Made by a program: the position numbers and the translations under genes. Positions 18,165 to 28,293 of a stretch of 64,000 bases of DNA are shown piece by piece; positions within the stretch are counted from its first letter, which is position 1; the number at the start of each line of letters is the position of its first letter. This DNA comes from Clostridia bacterium. GTDB taxonomy: Bacteria > Bacillota > Clostridia > Oscillospirales > Acutalibacteraceae. Below the pieces are notes generated by a model, which saw nothing but the letters and a program-made list of their open reading frames with translations, ran no database searches and was not told the DNA's origin. Location: positions 161 through 64,160 of the forward strand of contig JAFUOL010000002.1 of the NCBI GenBank assembly GCA_017481865.1, given 5' to 3'.

Positions 18165-18869
18165 ATGGAACCGGTTTATAAACGTGTTTTACTTAAGCTC
18201 AGCGGTGAGGTTCTTGCCGGTGAAAAGGGCTCGGGTATAGATTTTGACAAGGTGCTGGAGGTCTGCGAAAGGGTTAAAGTCTGTGTAGATATGGGCGTTC
18301 AGGTGGCTATCGTTGTAGGCGGCGGTAACTTCTGGAGAGGCAGAAGCTCAGGTAAGATGGACAGAACAAGAGCAGACCATATGGGTATGCTTGCTACATC
18401 TATTAACGCTTTGGCTTTGGCAGATGCGCTTGAACAGTTAGGCGTTACCGCCCGAGTACAGACCGCTATTGAAATGCGTCAGATAGCAGAGCCTTATATC
18501 AGAAGTAAGGCAGTCCGTCATCTCGAAAAGGGCAGGGTAGTTATTTTTGGTTGCGGAACAGGCAACCCGTTTTTCTCTACCGATACGGCGGCGGCTTTGC
18601 GTGCGGCTGAAATCGGTGCTGACGTCATATTTAAGGCTACTAATGTTGACGGTGTTTATGACAGCGACCCAAAGAAAAATCCCGATGCTAAGAAGTTCGA
18701 TACACTTTCCCACATCGACGTTCTCCAAAAGGGACTTCATGTTATGGACAGTACAGCCGCTTCCCTTTGTATGGATAACGGCATTGAAATACTTGTATTC
18801 AACCTCGAAAATCCTGATAATATCGTTCGTGCAATGGTGGGCGAAACTATCGGTACAATAGTAAAGTAA
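18165..18869 (+). CDS. pyrH: UMP kinase
   Basis: [14 protein letters not shown] and [10 protein letters not shown]. Confidence 0.95.
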   Translation: MEPVYKRVLLKLSGEVLAGEKGSGIDFDKVLEVCERVKVCVDMGVQVAIVVGGGNFWRGRSSGKMDRTRADHMGMLATSINALALADALEQLGVTARVQTAIEMRQIAEPYIRSKAVRHLEKGRVVIFGCGTGNPFFSTDTAAALRAAEIGADVIFKATNVDGVYDSDPKKNPDAKKFDTLSHIDVLQKGLHVMDSTAASLCMDNGIEILVFNLENPDNIVRAMVGETIGTIVK

Positions 18870-18882
18870 GGAGAGAATTTAT

Positions 18883-19437
18883 ATGAATGAACTGATTAAA
18901 AATACCGAGGAAAAAATGAACAAAACCGTGTCGGTTTTAGAGCGTGACTATAAATCTATCAGAGCAGGCAGAGCAAATGCCTCTGTTTTAGACCGTATTA
19001 CCGTTGATTATTACGGCGCTCCTACACCCATCCAGCAGATGGCTGCGGTATCTATACCCGAACCCCGTGTGCTTATGATTCAGCCTTGGGATGCTTCTAC
19101 CTTAAAAACAATCGAGAAAGCAATACTCACTTCCGATATCGGTATCAACCCTCAGAATGACGGCAGGGTTATCCGCCTTTCCTTCCCCCCTCTTACCGAG
19201 GAACGCAGAAAGGAAATCGTAAAAGAGGTTAAAAAGGTTGCGGAGGACAGCAAGGTGGCAGTTCGTAATACCCGCCGTGATGCTATCGAAAAGCTTAAAG
19301 CACTTAAAAAAGCCAACACCGTAACCGAGGACGATGTGGCAAACGGCGAAAAGAAAATACAGAACCTTACCGATAAGTACTGCAAGGAAATTGATGAATT
19401 AGCGGCTTTAAAGGAAAAGGAAATTCTTGAAATCTAA
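18883..19437 (+). CDS. frr: Ribosome recycling factor
   Basis: RITVDYYGAPTPIQQMA; 184 aa; follows pyrH. Confidence 0.95.
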   Translation: MNELIKNTEEKMNKTVSVLERDYKSIRAGRANASVLDRITVDYYGAPTPIQQMAAVSIPEPRVLMIQPWDASTLKTIEKAILTSDIGINPQNDGRVIRLSFPPLTEERRKEIVKEVKKVAEDSKVAVRNTRRDAIEKLKALKKANTVTEDDVANGEKKIQNLTDKYCKEIDELAALKEKEILEI

Positions 19438-19442
19438 TTTGC

Positions 19443-19475
19443 AGGGGGCGAAAATTTATCGCCCCTTGTATTTTC
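19443..19475 (+). terminator. Hairpin/partial terminator between frr and uppS
   Basis: AGGGGGCGA aaatttA TCGCCCCTT followed by a T-rich tract. Confidence 0.55.
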
Positions 19476-19490
19476 TGTGGCGGTGATTAT

Positions 19491-20204
19491 ATGGCACTTT
19501 TCAAAAATAAGAATGAAGAAAGAGTTTTACCCGAGCATATTGCTATTATTATGGACGGTAACGGCAGATGGGCAAAAAAACGCTCTTTGCCCCGTACCGC
19601 CGGTCATATTGCGGGAGCTAAAACCTTTAAAAATATTGCACGTTACTGCAACAAAATAGGTCTTAAGTATTTGACTGTTTACGCCTTTTCTACCGAGAAC
19701 TGGAAAAGACCTAAGGACGAGGTAGAGGGTATAATGAATTTACTTCGTGACTATTTAAAGGATGCTGAGAATTTTAAGGACGAAAACATCAAGGTCAAGT
19801 TTATAGGCGATTTAGAGCCTTTGGCGGACGATATTAAGGAGCTTATCAAAAAGGATGAGGACGGCTCTAAGGATGCAACAGGCTTAAACCTTAACATTGC
19901 TATAAACTACGGCGGCAGGGATGAAATAACCAAGGCGGTTAAGCGTATTGTAGCAAGCGGTATTTCTCCCGAGGATATTACCGAACAAACCGTTTCCGAC
20001 CACCTTTACACAAAAGGTATGCCCGACCCCGATTTTATTATAAGACCCAGCGGTGAATACAGACTTTCCAACTACCTTATATGGCAGTCGGCTTATGCGG
20101 AATATTGGTTTTCGGATATTTTGTGGCCTGATTTCACACCTAAGCACTTAGAGAAAGCAATTGACGAATACAACCACCGTAATCGACGTTTTGGAGGAGT
20201 TTAA
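19491..20204 (+). CDS. uppS: Undecaprenyl diphosphate synthase (isoprenyl transferase)
   Basis: HIAIIMDGNGRWAKKR and FSTENWKRP. Confidence 0.95.
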   Translation: MALFKNKNEERVLPEHIAIIMDGNGRWAKKRSLPRTAGHIAGAKTFKNIARYCNKIGLKYLTVYAFSTENWKRPKDEVEGIMNLLRDYLKDAENFKDENIKVKFIGDLEPLADDIKELIKKDEDGSKDATGLNLNIAINYGGRDEITKAVKRIVASGISPEDITEQTVSDHLYTKGMPDPDFIIRPSGEYRLSNYLIWQSAYAEYWFSDILWPDFTPKHLEKAIDEYNHRNRRFGGV

Positions 20205-20206
20205 AA

Positions 20207-21079
20207 ATGAAGACTCGAATAATTTCAGGAATTGTAATGGGTGTTATTGTTGCCGCCGTAATAGCGGCAGGTCTTTTATGGAATCCTATCGTTATTACCG
20301 TAGCTATTGCACTTATTACAATGGGAGCGGTTTACGAGCTTCTCCACAATGCGGCAGGGATAAAAGATAAGGCTTCTTGGATAGGGGCTTGTGTGTTCAG
20401 CTTTTTATTTATCATTACTACTGACAGAAGCTTGCAGGACAAAATCTACAGTGCAATTCCTTATTCTGCTGATACTATCATTTCTCAAAGCACAAAATTT
20501 TATAATTATTGGGCTAATGCCTTTTCGGCATTAGTGATACTTTATTTTGTATTTGCTGCTATAATGATACTTAAAAATCACAGCGATTTTACTTTGGCAC
20601 ATATTGTTTCTCTTGTTGGCTTGCCGGTGCCTTATGCGTATGCATTTTCCTGCTTAGGCGCAGTAATAAATCACGCTGACGGCATATATTATTTACTGTT
20701 ACTCCTTAACTTTTCATCTGTTTGCGATATGGGCGCTTACTTTGTGGGAAGTGCAATCGGAAAGCATAAATTATGCCCTAATATCAGCCCTAAAAAGACG
20801 GTTGAGGGAGCTATCGGCGGAATAATTTCAAGTATTATCGTTACCGTTATTTTAGCTCTTTGCTTCGGTAAATCCATTTGGTTGCCCTTAGTTTTAACAA
20901 TACCTCTTTGTATTTTAGGGATGATAGGCGACCTTTTTGCATCTGCTATCAAACGTTCAGTCGGACTTAAGGATTACAGCAATCTTATACCGGGTCACGG
21001 CGGAATACTCGACCGTGTTGACAGCATAATAATGATAGTGCCCTTAATGTATGTGCTTATATCGTTCGGGGTGTTGTAA
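20207..21079 (+). CDS. cdsA: Phosphatidate cytidylyltransferase
   Basis: SAIKRSVGLKDYSNLIPGHGGILDRVDS signature; polytopic. Confidence 0.92.
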   Translation: MKTRIISGIVMGVIVAAVIAAGLLWNPIVITVAIALITMGAVYELLHNAAGIKDKASWIGACVFSFLFIITTDRSLQDKIYSAIPYSADTIISQSTKFYNYWANAFSALVILYFVFAAIMILKNHSDFTLAHIVSLVGLPVPYAYAFSCLGAVINHADGIYYLLLLLNFSSVCDMGAYFVGSAIGKHKLCPNISPKKTVEGAIGGIISSIIVTVILALCFGKSIWLPLVLTIPLCILGMIGDLFASAIKRSVGLKDYSNLIPGHGGILDRVDSIIMIVPLMYVLISFGVL

Positions 21080-22218
21080 TGAAAAGCTTGATTATATTAG
21101 GTTCGACAGGCTCTATAGGCACTCAGGCTCTTGAGGTCGCCCGTAGGGATGGTTATAGGGTTACCGCTCTGGCGGCAGGAAGTAATGAAGAACTGCTTGA
21201 AAAGCAGGCAAGGGAGTTTAAAGTAAAAGCCGTTGCTGTATTTAATGAAAGCGCCGCAAAGGAGCTGAAAATCAAACTAAACGATACCGATATCAAGGTT
21301 TTATCGGGCGCTGACGGTGTTTGTGAGATAGCCTCGGGTGAGGGGGATATTGTTCTTAATTCCATTGTCGGTATTGCAGGACTTCGTCCCACTCTTGCCG
21401 CAATAGAGGCAGGAAAAACAATAGCCCTTGCCAATAAGGAAACCTTGGTAACAGGTGGGGAAATAGTAAATAGTAAGGCTCAAGAAAAGGGTGTGAAAAT
21501 TCTCCCTGTGGACAGCGAGCATTCGGCGATTTTCCAGTCTCTTCAGGGCGCTCCCGAAAAAAGCCTTAAAAAGATTTTGCTTACAGCTTCGGGCGGACCT
21601 TTCTACGGTAAAACCCGTAAGGATTTAGAGAATGTTACCGTAAAAGAGGCGCTAAACCATCCGAACTGGTCAATGGGGGCTAAAATCACAATAGACTCTG
21701 CAACGCTGATGAATAAGGGACTTGAAGTAATAGAAGCGGTGCATTTATTCGGTTTGCCTGCAAAAGATATTGAGGTTTTAGTGCACAGACAAAGCATTTT
21801 ACATTCGGGAGTTGAACTGTCTGACGGTGCGGTAATAGCGCAATTAGGTACACCTGATATGAGACTTCCTATCCAGTATGCACTGACCTATCCTGAAAGA
21901 AGTGACTATGCTTTTGAAAGGCTAAGCCTTACCGATATCGGCACTCTTACCTTCGAAAAGCCCGATACCGATACCTTCCGCTGTCTGCCCTTATGTATTG
22001 CGGCTATAAATCAAGGCGGTCTTGCGCCCACAGCTGTAAACGGCGCTAACGAGGAGGCGGTACGTCTTTTCTTGGAGGGTAAAATTAAATTCTTAAAAAT
22101 TGCCGATTTGGTGGAAAAAGCCTTTTTGGCGGTACAAAATAAAAAAGACTTTTGCTTAGATGATATTCTCGAAACCGACAGGTTAGCAAGAGAAGGTGTC
22201 AGAAAATCTATTAAATAA
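21079..22218 (+). CDS. dxr: 1-deoxy-D-xylulose 5-phosphate reductoisomerase
   Basis: ILGSTGSIGTQALEV, LANKETLV, DSEHSAIFQ. Confidence 0.95.
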   Translation: MKSLIILGSTGSIGTQALEVARRDGYRVTALAAGSNEELLEKQAREFKVKAVAVFNESAAKELKIKLNDTDIKVLSGADGVCEIASGEGDIVLNSIVGIAGLRPTLAAIEAGKTIALANKETLVTGGEIVNSKAQEKGVKILPVDSEHSAIFQSLQGAPEKSLKKILLTASGGPFYGKTRKDLENVTVKEALNHPNWSMGAKITIDSATLMNKGLEVIEAVHLFGLPAKDIEVLVHRQSILHSGVELSDGAVIAQLGTPDMRLPIQYALTYPERSDYAFERLSLTDIGTLTFEKPDTDTFRCLPLCIAAINQGGLAPTAVNGANEEAVRLFLEGKIKFLKIADLVEKAFLAVQNKKDFCLDDILETDRLAREGVRKSIK

Positions 22219-22242
22219 TTCGGAATTCGGAATTCCGAATTA
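22216..22242. repeat. Palindromic AATTCGGAATT repeat, copy 2
   Basis: TAATTCGGAATT cgg AATTCCGAATTA; begins inside the dxr stop codon. Confidence 0.8.
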
Positions 22243-22249
22243 AATTAAA

Positions 22250-23311
22250 GTGGTGATTAAAATTTCTGCTATTTCAACTATATGGGGTAATGTGTGGCCG
22301 TATTTAGTGGCGATATTGCTGTTTTTGGTGCTCATAATAATTCACGAATTCGGTCATTTTATTGCGGCAAAATTGATGGGTGTGCGTGTAAACGAATTCG
22401 CTGTAGGCTTCGGTCCCAGGCTTTTTTCAAAGCAATGGGGCGAGACTAAGTATGCCTTTAATCTTATTCCTTTAGGCGGTTACTGCGCTATGGAGGGTGA
22501 GGATGAGGACAGTGCTGACAGCCGTGCTTTCTGTAACAAAAAGCCGTGGCGGCGGTTTATAATCGTTGTAATGGGCGCACTTTTCAACCTATTACTGGGC
22601 CTTATAATCGTTGCTGTAATTTTAGCTCCGTCCGAGGCTTTCACCTCTACGGTTATAGCCGAATTTAACGAAAATGCAGTAAGTCAGGCTTCGGGACTTC
22701 AGGTGGATGACAAGATAGTGGAAGTCGACGGCAGAAAAATTTTTACCACCTACGATTTGAGCTATGCCTTTACCAATGTTAAGGACGGTAAGGTGGATAT
22801 TACGGTAGTTCGTGACGGAAAAGCGACAGAATTAACCGATGTAGCCTTTAAGACCGAGGAGGAAAACGGTATAAGCTATATGACGGTGGATTTCAAGGTT
22901 TACGGAATAGAGAAAACTGTAGGCTCTTATATAAAGCAAACCGTAAAAACCGCAATTTCCTACTGTGCCGTAATTTGGCGAAGTCTTCTCGATATGATAA
23001 GCGGAAAATACGGTATCAGCGCTGTTTCAGGTCCTGTAGGAGTAACCGTTGCAATAGCTGATGCGGCAAAGGCTAATCTTGAAAGCCTTTTGCCTATTAT
23101 GGCGCTTATAACGATAAATTTAGGAATTTTCAATCTTTTACCGATACCTGCCCTTGACGGCGGCAGACTTTTATTTATTCTCATTGAAATGATTTTCCGC
23201 CGTCCTGTGCCGCAAAAGTACGAGTCGGTAGTTCACGCAGTAGGCTTTGTAATTCTTATAGCCTTTATGCTACTTGTTGCGGCAAAGGACATTTGGACAC
23301 TTATTTTTTAA
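22250..23311 (+). CDS. rseP: RIP site-2 metalloprotease (RseP/RasP family); exact start uncertain
   Basis: HEFGHF zinc motif, central PDZ-like segment, NLLPIPALDGG. GTG 22250 has no clear SD and an in-frame GTG about 45 nt downstream is an alternative. Confidence 0.88.
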   Translation: MVIKISAISTIWGNVWPYLVAILLFLVLIIIHEFGHFIAAKLMGVRVNEFAVGFGPRLFSKQWGETKYAFNLIPLGGYCAMEGEDEDSADSRAFCNKKPWRRFIIVVMGALFNLLLGLIIVAVILAPSEAFTSTVIAEFNENAVSQASGLQVDDKIVEVDGRKIFTTYDLSYAFTNVKDGKVDITVVRDGKATELTDVAFKTEEENGISYMTVDFKVYGIEKTVGSYIKQTVKTAISYCAVIWRSLLDMISGKYGISAVSGPVGVTVAIADAAKANLESLLPIMALITINLGIFNLLPIPALDGGRLLFILIEMIFRRPVPQKYESVVHAVGFVILIAFMLLVAAKDIWTLIF

Positions 23312-23321
23312 TTCGGAATTA
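23309..23321. repeat. AATTCGGAATT repeat, copy 3 (single arm)
   Basis: TAATTCGGAATTA overlapping the rseP stop codon; no partner arm. Confidence 0.6.
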
Positions 23322-23364
23322 AATATGTTGGCTTTGTCGACGTTATATAAAAGTGAGGATAAAG

Positions 23365-24417
23365 ATGTTTACTAATGATAAAACGGTTAAAGTAAAAGCA
23401 GGGAATTTAGAAATCGGCGGGGGAGCGCCCGTATCGGTTCAGTCTATGCTTTGTGTTCCCGCTCATGATATAGAGGGTAATGTAGAGCAAGCCAAAAAAC
23501 TTCAGGCGGCAGGCTGTGACATTGTGCGTGTCACTGTTCCCGATAAAGAAGCTTTGAAGACGGTCGAAGCCTTAAAAAAGAATATTACTATTCCTCTTGT
23601 GGTAGATATTCATTTTGATTATAAATTAGCGCTGGACAGCGTAGCCGCAGGGGTCGATAAGGTTAGAATAAACCCAGGTAATATCGGCTCGGACGATAAG
23701 GTGAAATTGGTAGCCGACGCTTGCCGAAACGCAGGAGTTCCCATAAGAATAGGTGTAAATTCAGGTTCGCTCGAAAAAAATATTTTGGCAAAATACGGCG
23801 CAGTTACACCCGAAGCTATGGTAGAAAGCGGACTTTATCATATATCCCTTTTGGAAAAATTTGATTTTACCGATATCGTTCTGTCTTTGAAATCCTCGGA
23901 TACCTTTACTATGTATAAGGCTTATGAGCTGGCAGCAGAAAAATGCCGATATCCCTTGCATTTAGGTGTTACCGAGGCTGGAACAGAAAGCATGGGTATA
24001 ATAAAATCCGCCGCAGGTATAGGCGGACTGTTGCTTCGTGGAATAGGAAACACAATAAGAATTTCTTTAACAGACGACCCTGTAAAGGAGGTCGAGGCAG
24101 GTATAAAACTGCTTAAAGGTATAGGCATCCGCAAGGGCGGAATAAGCTTTGTTTCCTGTCCTACCTGCGGCAGAACGCAAATCGACCTTATTGGTATTGC
24201 CAAAGAGGCTGAAAAACGGTTAAGCGGAGTAAATAAGGATATAACCGTGGCTATAATGGGCTGTGTTGTAAACGGCCCCGGCGAAGCGAGTGCCGCCGAT
24301 ATAGGAATTGCCGGCGGAAAGGGCTGCGGAGTGCTTTTTAAAAAGGGCGAAATTATAAAAAAACTGCCCGAATCGGAGTTGCTTGATGCGCTTTTAGAGG
24401 AAATTGAAAAATTATAA
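23365..24417 (+). CDS. ispG: 4-hydroxy-3-methylbut-2-en-1-yl diphosphate synthase
   Basis: VRINPGNIG, FVSCPTCGRTQ, GCVVNGPGEA. ATG 23365 is preferred (GTGAGGA SD) over GTG 23353. Confidence 0.93.
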   Translation: MFTNDKTVKVKAGNLEIGGGAPVSVQSMLCVPAHDIEGNVEQAKKLQAAGCDIVRVTVPDKEALKTVEALKKNITIPLVVDIHFDYKLALDSVAAGVDKVRINPGNIGSDDKVKLVADACRNAGVPIRIGVNSGSLEKNILAKYGAVTPEAMVESGLYHISLLEKFDFTDIVLSLKSSDTFTMYKAYELAAEKCRYPLHLGVTEAGTESMGIIKSAAGIGGLLLRGIGNTIRISLTDDPVKEVEAGIKLLKGIGIRKGGISFVSCPTCGRTQIDLIGIAKEAEKRLSGVNKDITVAIMGCVVNGPGEASAADIGIAGGKGCGVLFKKGEIIKKLPESELLDALLEEIEKL

Positions 24418-24432
24418 ACGGAGTTGTAAAAA

Positions 24433-27400
24433 ATGTCGAAACCGAAGTTTTCGGATATATTCGGAATGTGTATTCATCAGGAGCTATTTAACCTGATAGC
24501 GGACAGGGTTATTGAAAAATGTAATCTTGATACAGAAAACCGAAGTCTTACTATTGAGTTAGGCACTGAAAACTACATAGAAAAAGAAACGCAACTGAAA
24601 ATACAAAACGAACTTAAAGATGCCTTAAGGCTTAGTGCTTGCGAGGTTTCTTTTGCATACTCCGAAAATGCTTTTTGCAATACCGCCTGCGCTGATATTG
24701 CCTCCGAATTAAAGATTAAAAATCCCGCTCTTAACGGATATTTTGCGGGAGCGGATCATGCCCTTTCGGGGGATACGGTAAATATTACCCTAAAGCACGG
24801 TGGATATAAGAAAATTTGCGAATGTGAGTTTGAAAAAAGCTTTAAAAATGTTATAAGGAGCCGTTTTAATAAAAATATAAATGTCACCTTTGACGGTCAG
24901 TTAGAGGATGTTGAAATCGAACTCCCAAAGCAGGCGCCTGTAGTAAGACAGCAACCGCAAAGCGGCGGCGAAAAGCCGAAATCCGATCCTAAAACCGAAA
25001 TAAATTTTGAAAAACGGCAGGACAAGCCTAAAAACGGTCTTGTCTATCTTGATAACCCTAAGGTTTTCTACGGCAGAAATATTAACACCGACACTAAGCC
25101 TATGATTGAGGTCACCGACGATGACAGAGAAATCAGCTGTTGGGGTGAGGTTTTCGGTATAGAGGTACGCACCATAAACACCAAAAGGGGAGAAAGCAAT
25201 ATTCTCACCTTTTCTTTCAGTGACCACACAAACTCCCTTACCTGCTCTATGTTTGTCGACCCTAAGCGTATGGGCGAGGTGGCGCCTATTGCAAACGGTA
25301 ATTTTATACTTGTAAACGGCACCTATGAATTTGATGATTACCGAAAAGAATTCAGGGTAAAGCCAAAGGTAATAGCACAGCTTCAAAAGTATACCGAAAC
25401 CGACGATTATGAAGGCGAAAAGCGGGTAGAGCTGCATTGCCATACCAATATGTCTGCAAAGGATGCGGTATCCTCGGCAGGGGATATCGTAAGTCAGGCG
25501 TTTAAATGGGGACACAAGGCGGTAGCTATTACCGACCACGGTGTAGTTCAGGCATATCCTGCCGCGGCTGAGGCGGTTAAAAAGATACGCAAGGGCGGCG
25601 GAGATTTTAAGGTTATTTACGGTGTTGAGGCTTACTATGTTGATGATGTAAATAACGATATTTCGGGTCTTAACGCTAAACAGATAGCAAAAATGCGTAA
25701 CCACCAGATAATCTTAGTCAAGAATCTTGTGGGTCTTAAAAATCTTTATAAGCTCGTATCTGAAGCCCATCTGCACGATTTTCACGGTAAGCCCATAACC
25801 CTTAGAAGTAAGCTTGATACCCTGCGTGAGGGTCTGATTATAGGCTCTGCCTGTGAGCAGGGTGATTTATACAAGGCTATTATTGACGGAAAATCGGAGG
25901 AAGAACTCTTAAAAATTGCCGATTATTACGATTACCTTGAAATTCAGCCTTTAGGAAACAATCAATTTATGGTAAGGGAATCGACACTTCCCGATAAAAA
26001 GGATAAGAAAACGGGAGCGACTATTCCAAACCGTTTCAGACACGTTACAAGCCCCGAAGTAATTAAGGACTTTAACCGCAAGGTAGTAGAGCTTGGCGAT
26101 AAATTGGGTAAGCCTGTTGTAGCTACGGGTGATGTTCATTTCCTTAAAAAGGATGATGAAATAATCCGTAAGATACTTATGGCAGGTCAGGGCTTTGACG
26201 ATTTTGACAATCAGGCGCCCCTGTACCTTAAAACTACTGCCGAAATGCTTTCGGATTTTGACTATTTCGGGGACAGAGCAAAAGAATTTGTTATAGACAA
26301 CCCAAATAAAATCGCCGAAATGGTAAGTGATGATGTTATCCCTGTGCCCGAGGGCAACTATCCTCCTGTAATCGAGGGGTCGGACGAACAGCTCCGTGAT
26401 ATCTGCTGGGAGCGGGCGCACAAAATGTACGGCGACCCTGTGCCCGAAATCGTTGCAAAGCGTCTTGATAAAGAGCTTAACTCCATTATCAACAACGGCT
26501 TCTCTATAATGTATATTTCGGCTCAAAGACTGGTTGCCTACAGTGAGGAAAACGGTTATCTCGTCGGCTCCCGTGGCTCTGTTGGCTCATCCTTTGTTGC
26601 TACTATGGCAGGAATTTCGGAGGTTAACCCTTTAGCTCCGCACTACGTTTGCCCTAAGTGCTGTCACAGTGAGTTTTTTAATGACGGTTCTGTTGGTTCG
26701 GGCTTTGACCTACCCGAAAAGGCTTGCCCCGAATGTGGGGAACTGATGACCAGAGACGGACACGATATCCCCTTTGAAACCTTCTTGGGATTTAAGGGTG
26801 ACAAGGTTCCTGATATCGACCTTAACTTCTCGGACGAATTTCAGACACAGGTGCAGAAATATACCGAAACCATGTTCGGTAGCGAAAATGTATTTAAAGC
26901 AGGTACAATTTCTACCGTGGCGGAGAAAACCGCCTACGGTTTTGCAAAGGCTTATGCCGAAAAGAAGGGTATCACATTAAGCGGAGCCGAGCTTAACCGA
27001 CTTGCATCCTTAGTCGAGGGGGCGAAAATTAAGCAGACTACGGGTCAGCACCCCGCAGGTATGATAGTTGTGCCCAGAGACAAAACTATTTACGATTTCT
27101 GCCCCGTTCAGCACCCTGCCGACGATGTTAATTCCGATGTTGTAACTACCCACTTCGACTTCCATTCTATCCACGATACTATACTAAAGCTGGACGAATT
27201 GGGTCATGTTATCCCCACTACCTATAAATATCTTGAGGAATATTCGGGTATTCCGGTAAGCAAGGTCTCCATGAGTGACCCTGAGGTTTACAGCCTGTTC
27301 ACTTCTACTAAGGCTTTAGGCGTTGAGCCTGACGAGATTGATTCTCAAACGGGTACATACTGTATTCCCGAATTCGGCACAAGCTTTGTAAGAGGAATGC

Positions 27401-28260
27401 TTGTAGACTGTAAGCCGAAAAACTTCTCCGACCTTTTGCAGATTTCGGGTCTTTCCCACGGTACGGATGTTTATTTGGGCAACGCAAAAGACCTTATTGA
27501 AAACGGCACCTGTACCATTTCCGAGGTTATCGGTACACGTGATAATATAATGGTTTACCTTATACATCAGGGGATGGACGAAAGCCGTGCCTTCAAAATC
27601 ACCGAGACGGTGCGTAAGGGTCTTGTGGCTAAAGGCAAGGTTTCCAAAGAGGACTGGGAGGCTATGGAGGATGACATGCGCAAGGTGAATGTGCCTGAGT
27701 GGTATATCGGCAGCTGTTATAAAATTAAGTACATGTTCCCCAAAGCCCATGCGGCGGCGTACGTTATTTCAGCACTCCGTGTTGCATGGTACAAGGTACA
27801 CCGTCCCTTGGAATTTTACTGTGCCTACTTTACCGCCCGTCCTGAGGATGTTGACGTTCCTACCGTAATTCAAGGTCATGAGGCAGTAAAAAAATACATC
27901 CGTGATATTAAGGCTAAGGGCAAGGAGGCAAGCAAAAAGGAGCTTGATGTTTATAACAACATGCTCATTTTCAACGAAATGATGGCAAGGGGAATAGGTG
28001 TACTTCCTATCGACATAAAAAAATCCCATGCTATGAAGTATGTGCCTGAGGACGGTAAAATGCGTCTGCCCTTCGGTGCACTCAGTGGCGTCGGCGAAAA
28101 GGCGGCATACTCTATCTACGAGGCGGCACAGCGTGGCAATTTCGTCTCCCGTGAGGATTTCCAATTAGAGGCAGGGGTATCAAAAACCATCATACAAAAC
28201 TTAGCCGACTTAGGCGCTATGAACGAGCTTCCTGACACTAACCAGATATCAATGTTTTAA
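24433..28260 (+). CDS. polC: PolC-type DNA polymerase III alpha subunit, without the usual 3'-5' exonuclease insertion
   Basis: OB region, PHP motifs VELHCHTNMSAKDAV and AITDHGVVQAYP, zinc module CPKCCHSEF...CPECG, palm VPDIDLNFS, KAHAAAYV. Only about 25 aa separate YGVEAYYVDD from HQIILVKNLVGLKNLYKLVS, and no DEDD motifs are seen. Confidence 0.9.
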   Translation: MSKPKFSDIFGMCIHQELFNLIADRVIEKCNLDTENRSLTIELGTENYIEKETQLKIQNELKDALRLSACEVSFAYSENAFCNTACADIASELKIKNPALNGYFAGADHALSGDTVNITLKHGGYKKICECEFEKSFKNVIRSRFNKNINVTFDGQLEDVEIELPKQAPVVRQQPQSGGEKPKSDPKTEINFEKRQDKPKNGLVYLDNPKVFYGRNINTDTKPMIEVTDDDREISCWGEVFGIEVRTINTKRGESNILTFSFSDHTNSLTCSMFVDPKRMGEVAPIANGNFILVNGTYEFDDYRKEFRVKPKVIAQLQKYTETDDYEGEKRVELHCHTNMSAKDAVSSAGDIVSQAFKWGHKAVAITDHGVVQAYPAAAEAVKKIRKGGGDFKVIYGVEAYYVDDVNNDISGLNAKQIAKMRNHQIILVKNLVGLKNLYKLVSEAHLHDFHGKPITLRSKLDTLREGLIIGSACEQGDLYKAIIDGKSEEELLKIADYYDYLEIQPLGNNQFMVRESTLPDKKDKKTGATIPNRFRHVTSPEVIKDFNRKVVELGDKLGKPVVATGDVHFLKKDDEIIRKILMAGQGFDDFDNQAPLYLKTTAEMLSDFDYFGDRAKEFVIDNPNKIAEMVSDDVIPVPEGNYPPVIEGSDEQLRDICWERAHKMYGDPVPEIVAKRLDKELNSIINNGFSIMYISAQRLVAYSEENGYLVGSRGSVGSSFVATMAGISEVNPLAPHYVCPKCCHSEFFNDGSVGSGFDLPEKACPECGELMTRDGHDIPFETFLGFKGDKVPDIDLNFSDEFQTQVQKYTETMFGSENVFKAGTISTVAEKTAYGFAKAYAEKKGITLSGAELNRLASLVEGAKIKQTTGQHPAGMIVVPRDKTIYDFCPVQHPADDVNSDVVTTHFDFHSIHDTILKLDELGHVIPTTYKYLEEYSGIPVSKVSMSDPEVYSLFTSTKALGVEPDEIDSQTGTYCIPEFGTSFVRGMLVDCKPKNFSDLLQISGLSHGTDVYLGNAKDLIENGTCTISEVIGTRDNIMVYLIHQGMDESRAFKITETVRKGLVAKGKVSKEDWEAMEDDMRKVNVPEWYIGSCYKIKYMFPKAHAAAYVISALRVAWYKVHRPLEFYCAYFTARPEDVDVPTVIQGHEAVKKYIRDIKAKGKEASKKELDVYNNMLIFNEMMARGIGVLPIDIKKSHAMKYVPEDGKMRLPFGALSGVGEKAAYSIYEAAQRGNFVSREDFQLEAGVSKTIIQNLADLGAMNELPDTNQISMF

Positions 28261-28265
28261 AAAAA

Positions 28266-28288
28266 TGCCCGTTGTTTAACAACGGGCA
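28266..28288. terminator. Bidirectional terminator between polC and the convergent XRE gene
   Basis: TGCCCGTTG tttaa CAACGGGCA flanked by an A-run and a T-rich tract. Confidence 0.75.
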
Positions 28289-28293
28289 AAATG

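Noticed and set aside
24901-26526. Long antisense ORFs inside polC (267 aa, 84 aa, 191 aa), plus 27316-27750 and 27769-28164
   Set aside because: They sit opposite a gene with strong family motifs and have no SD. Their translations are low-complexity or Cys/Arg/Leu-skewed, as expected of antisense frames.
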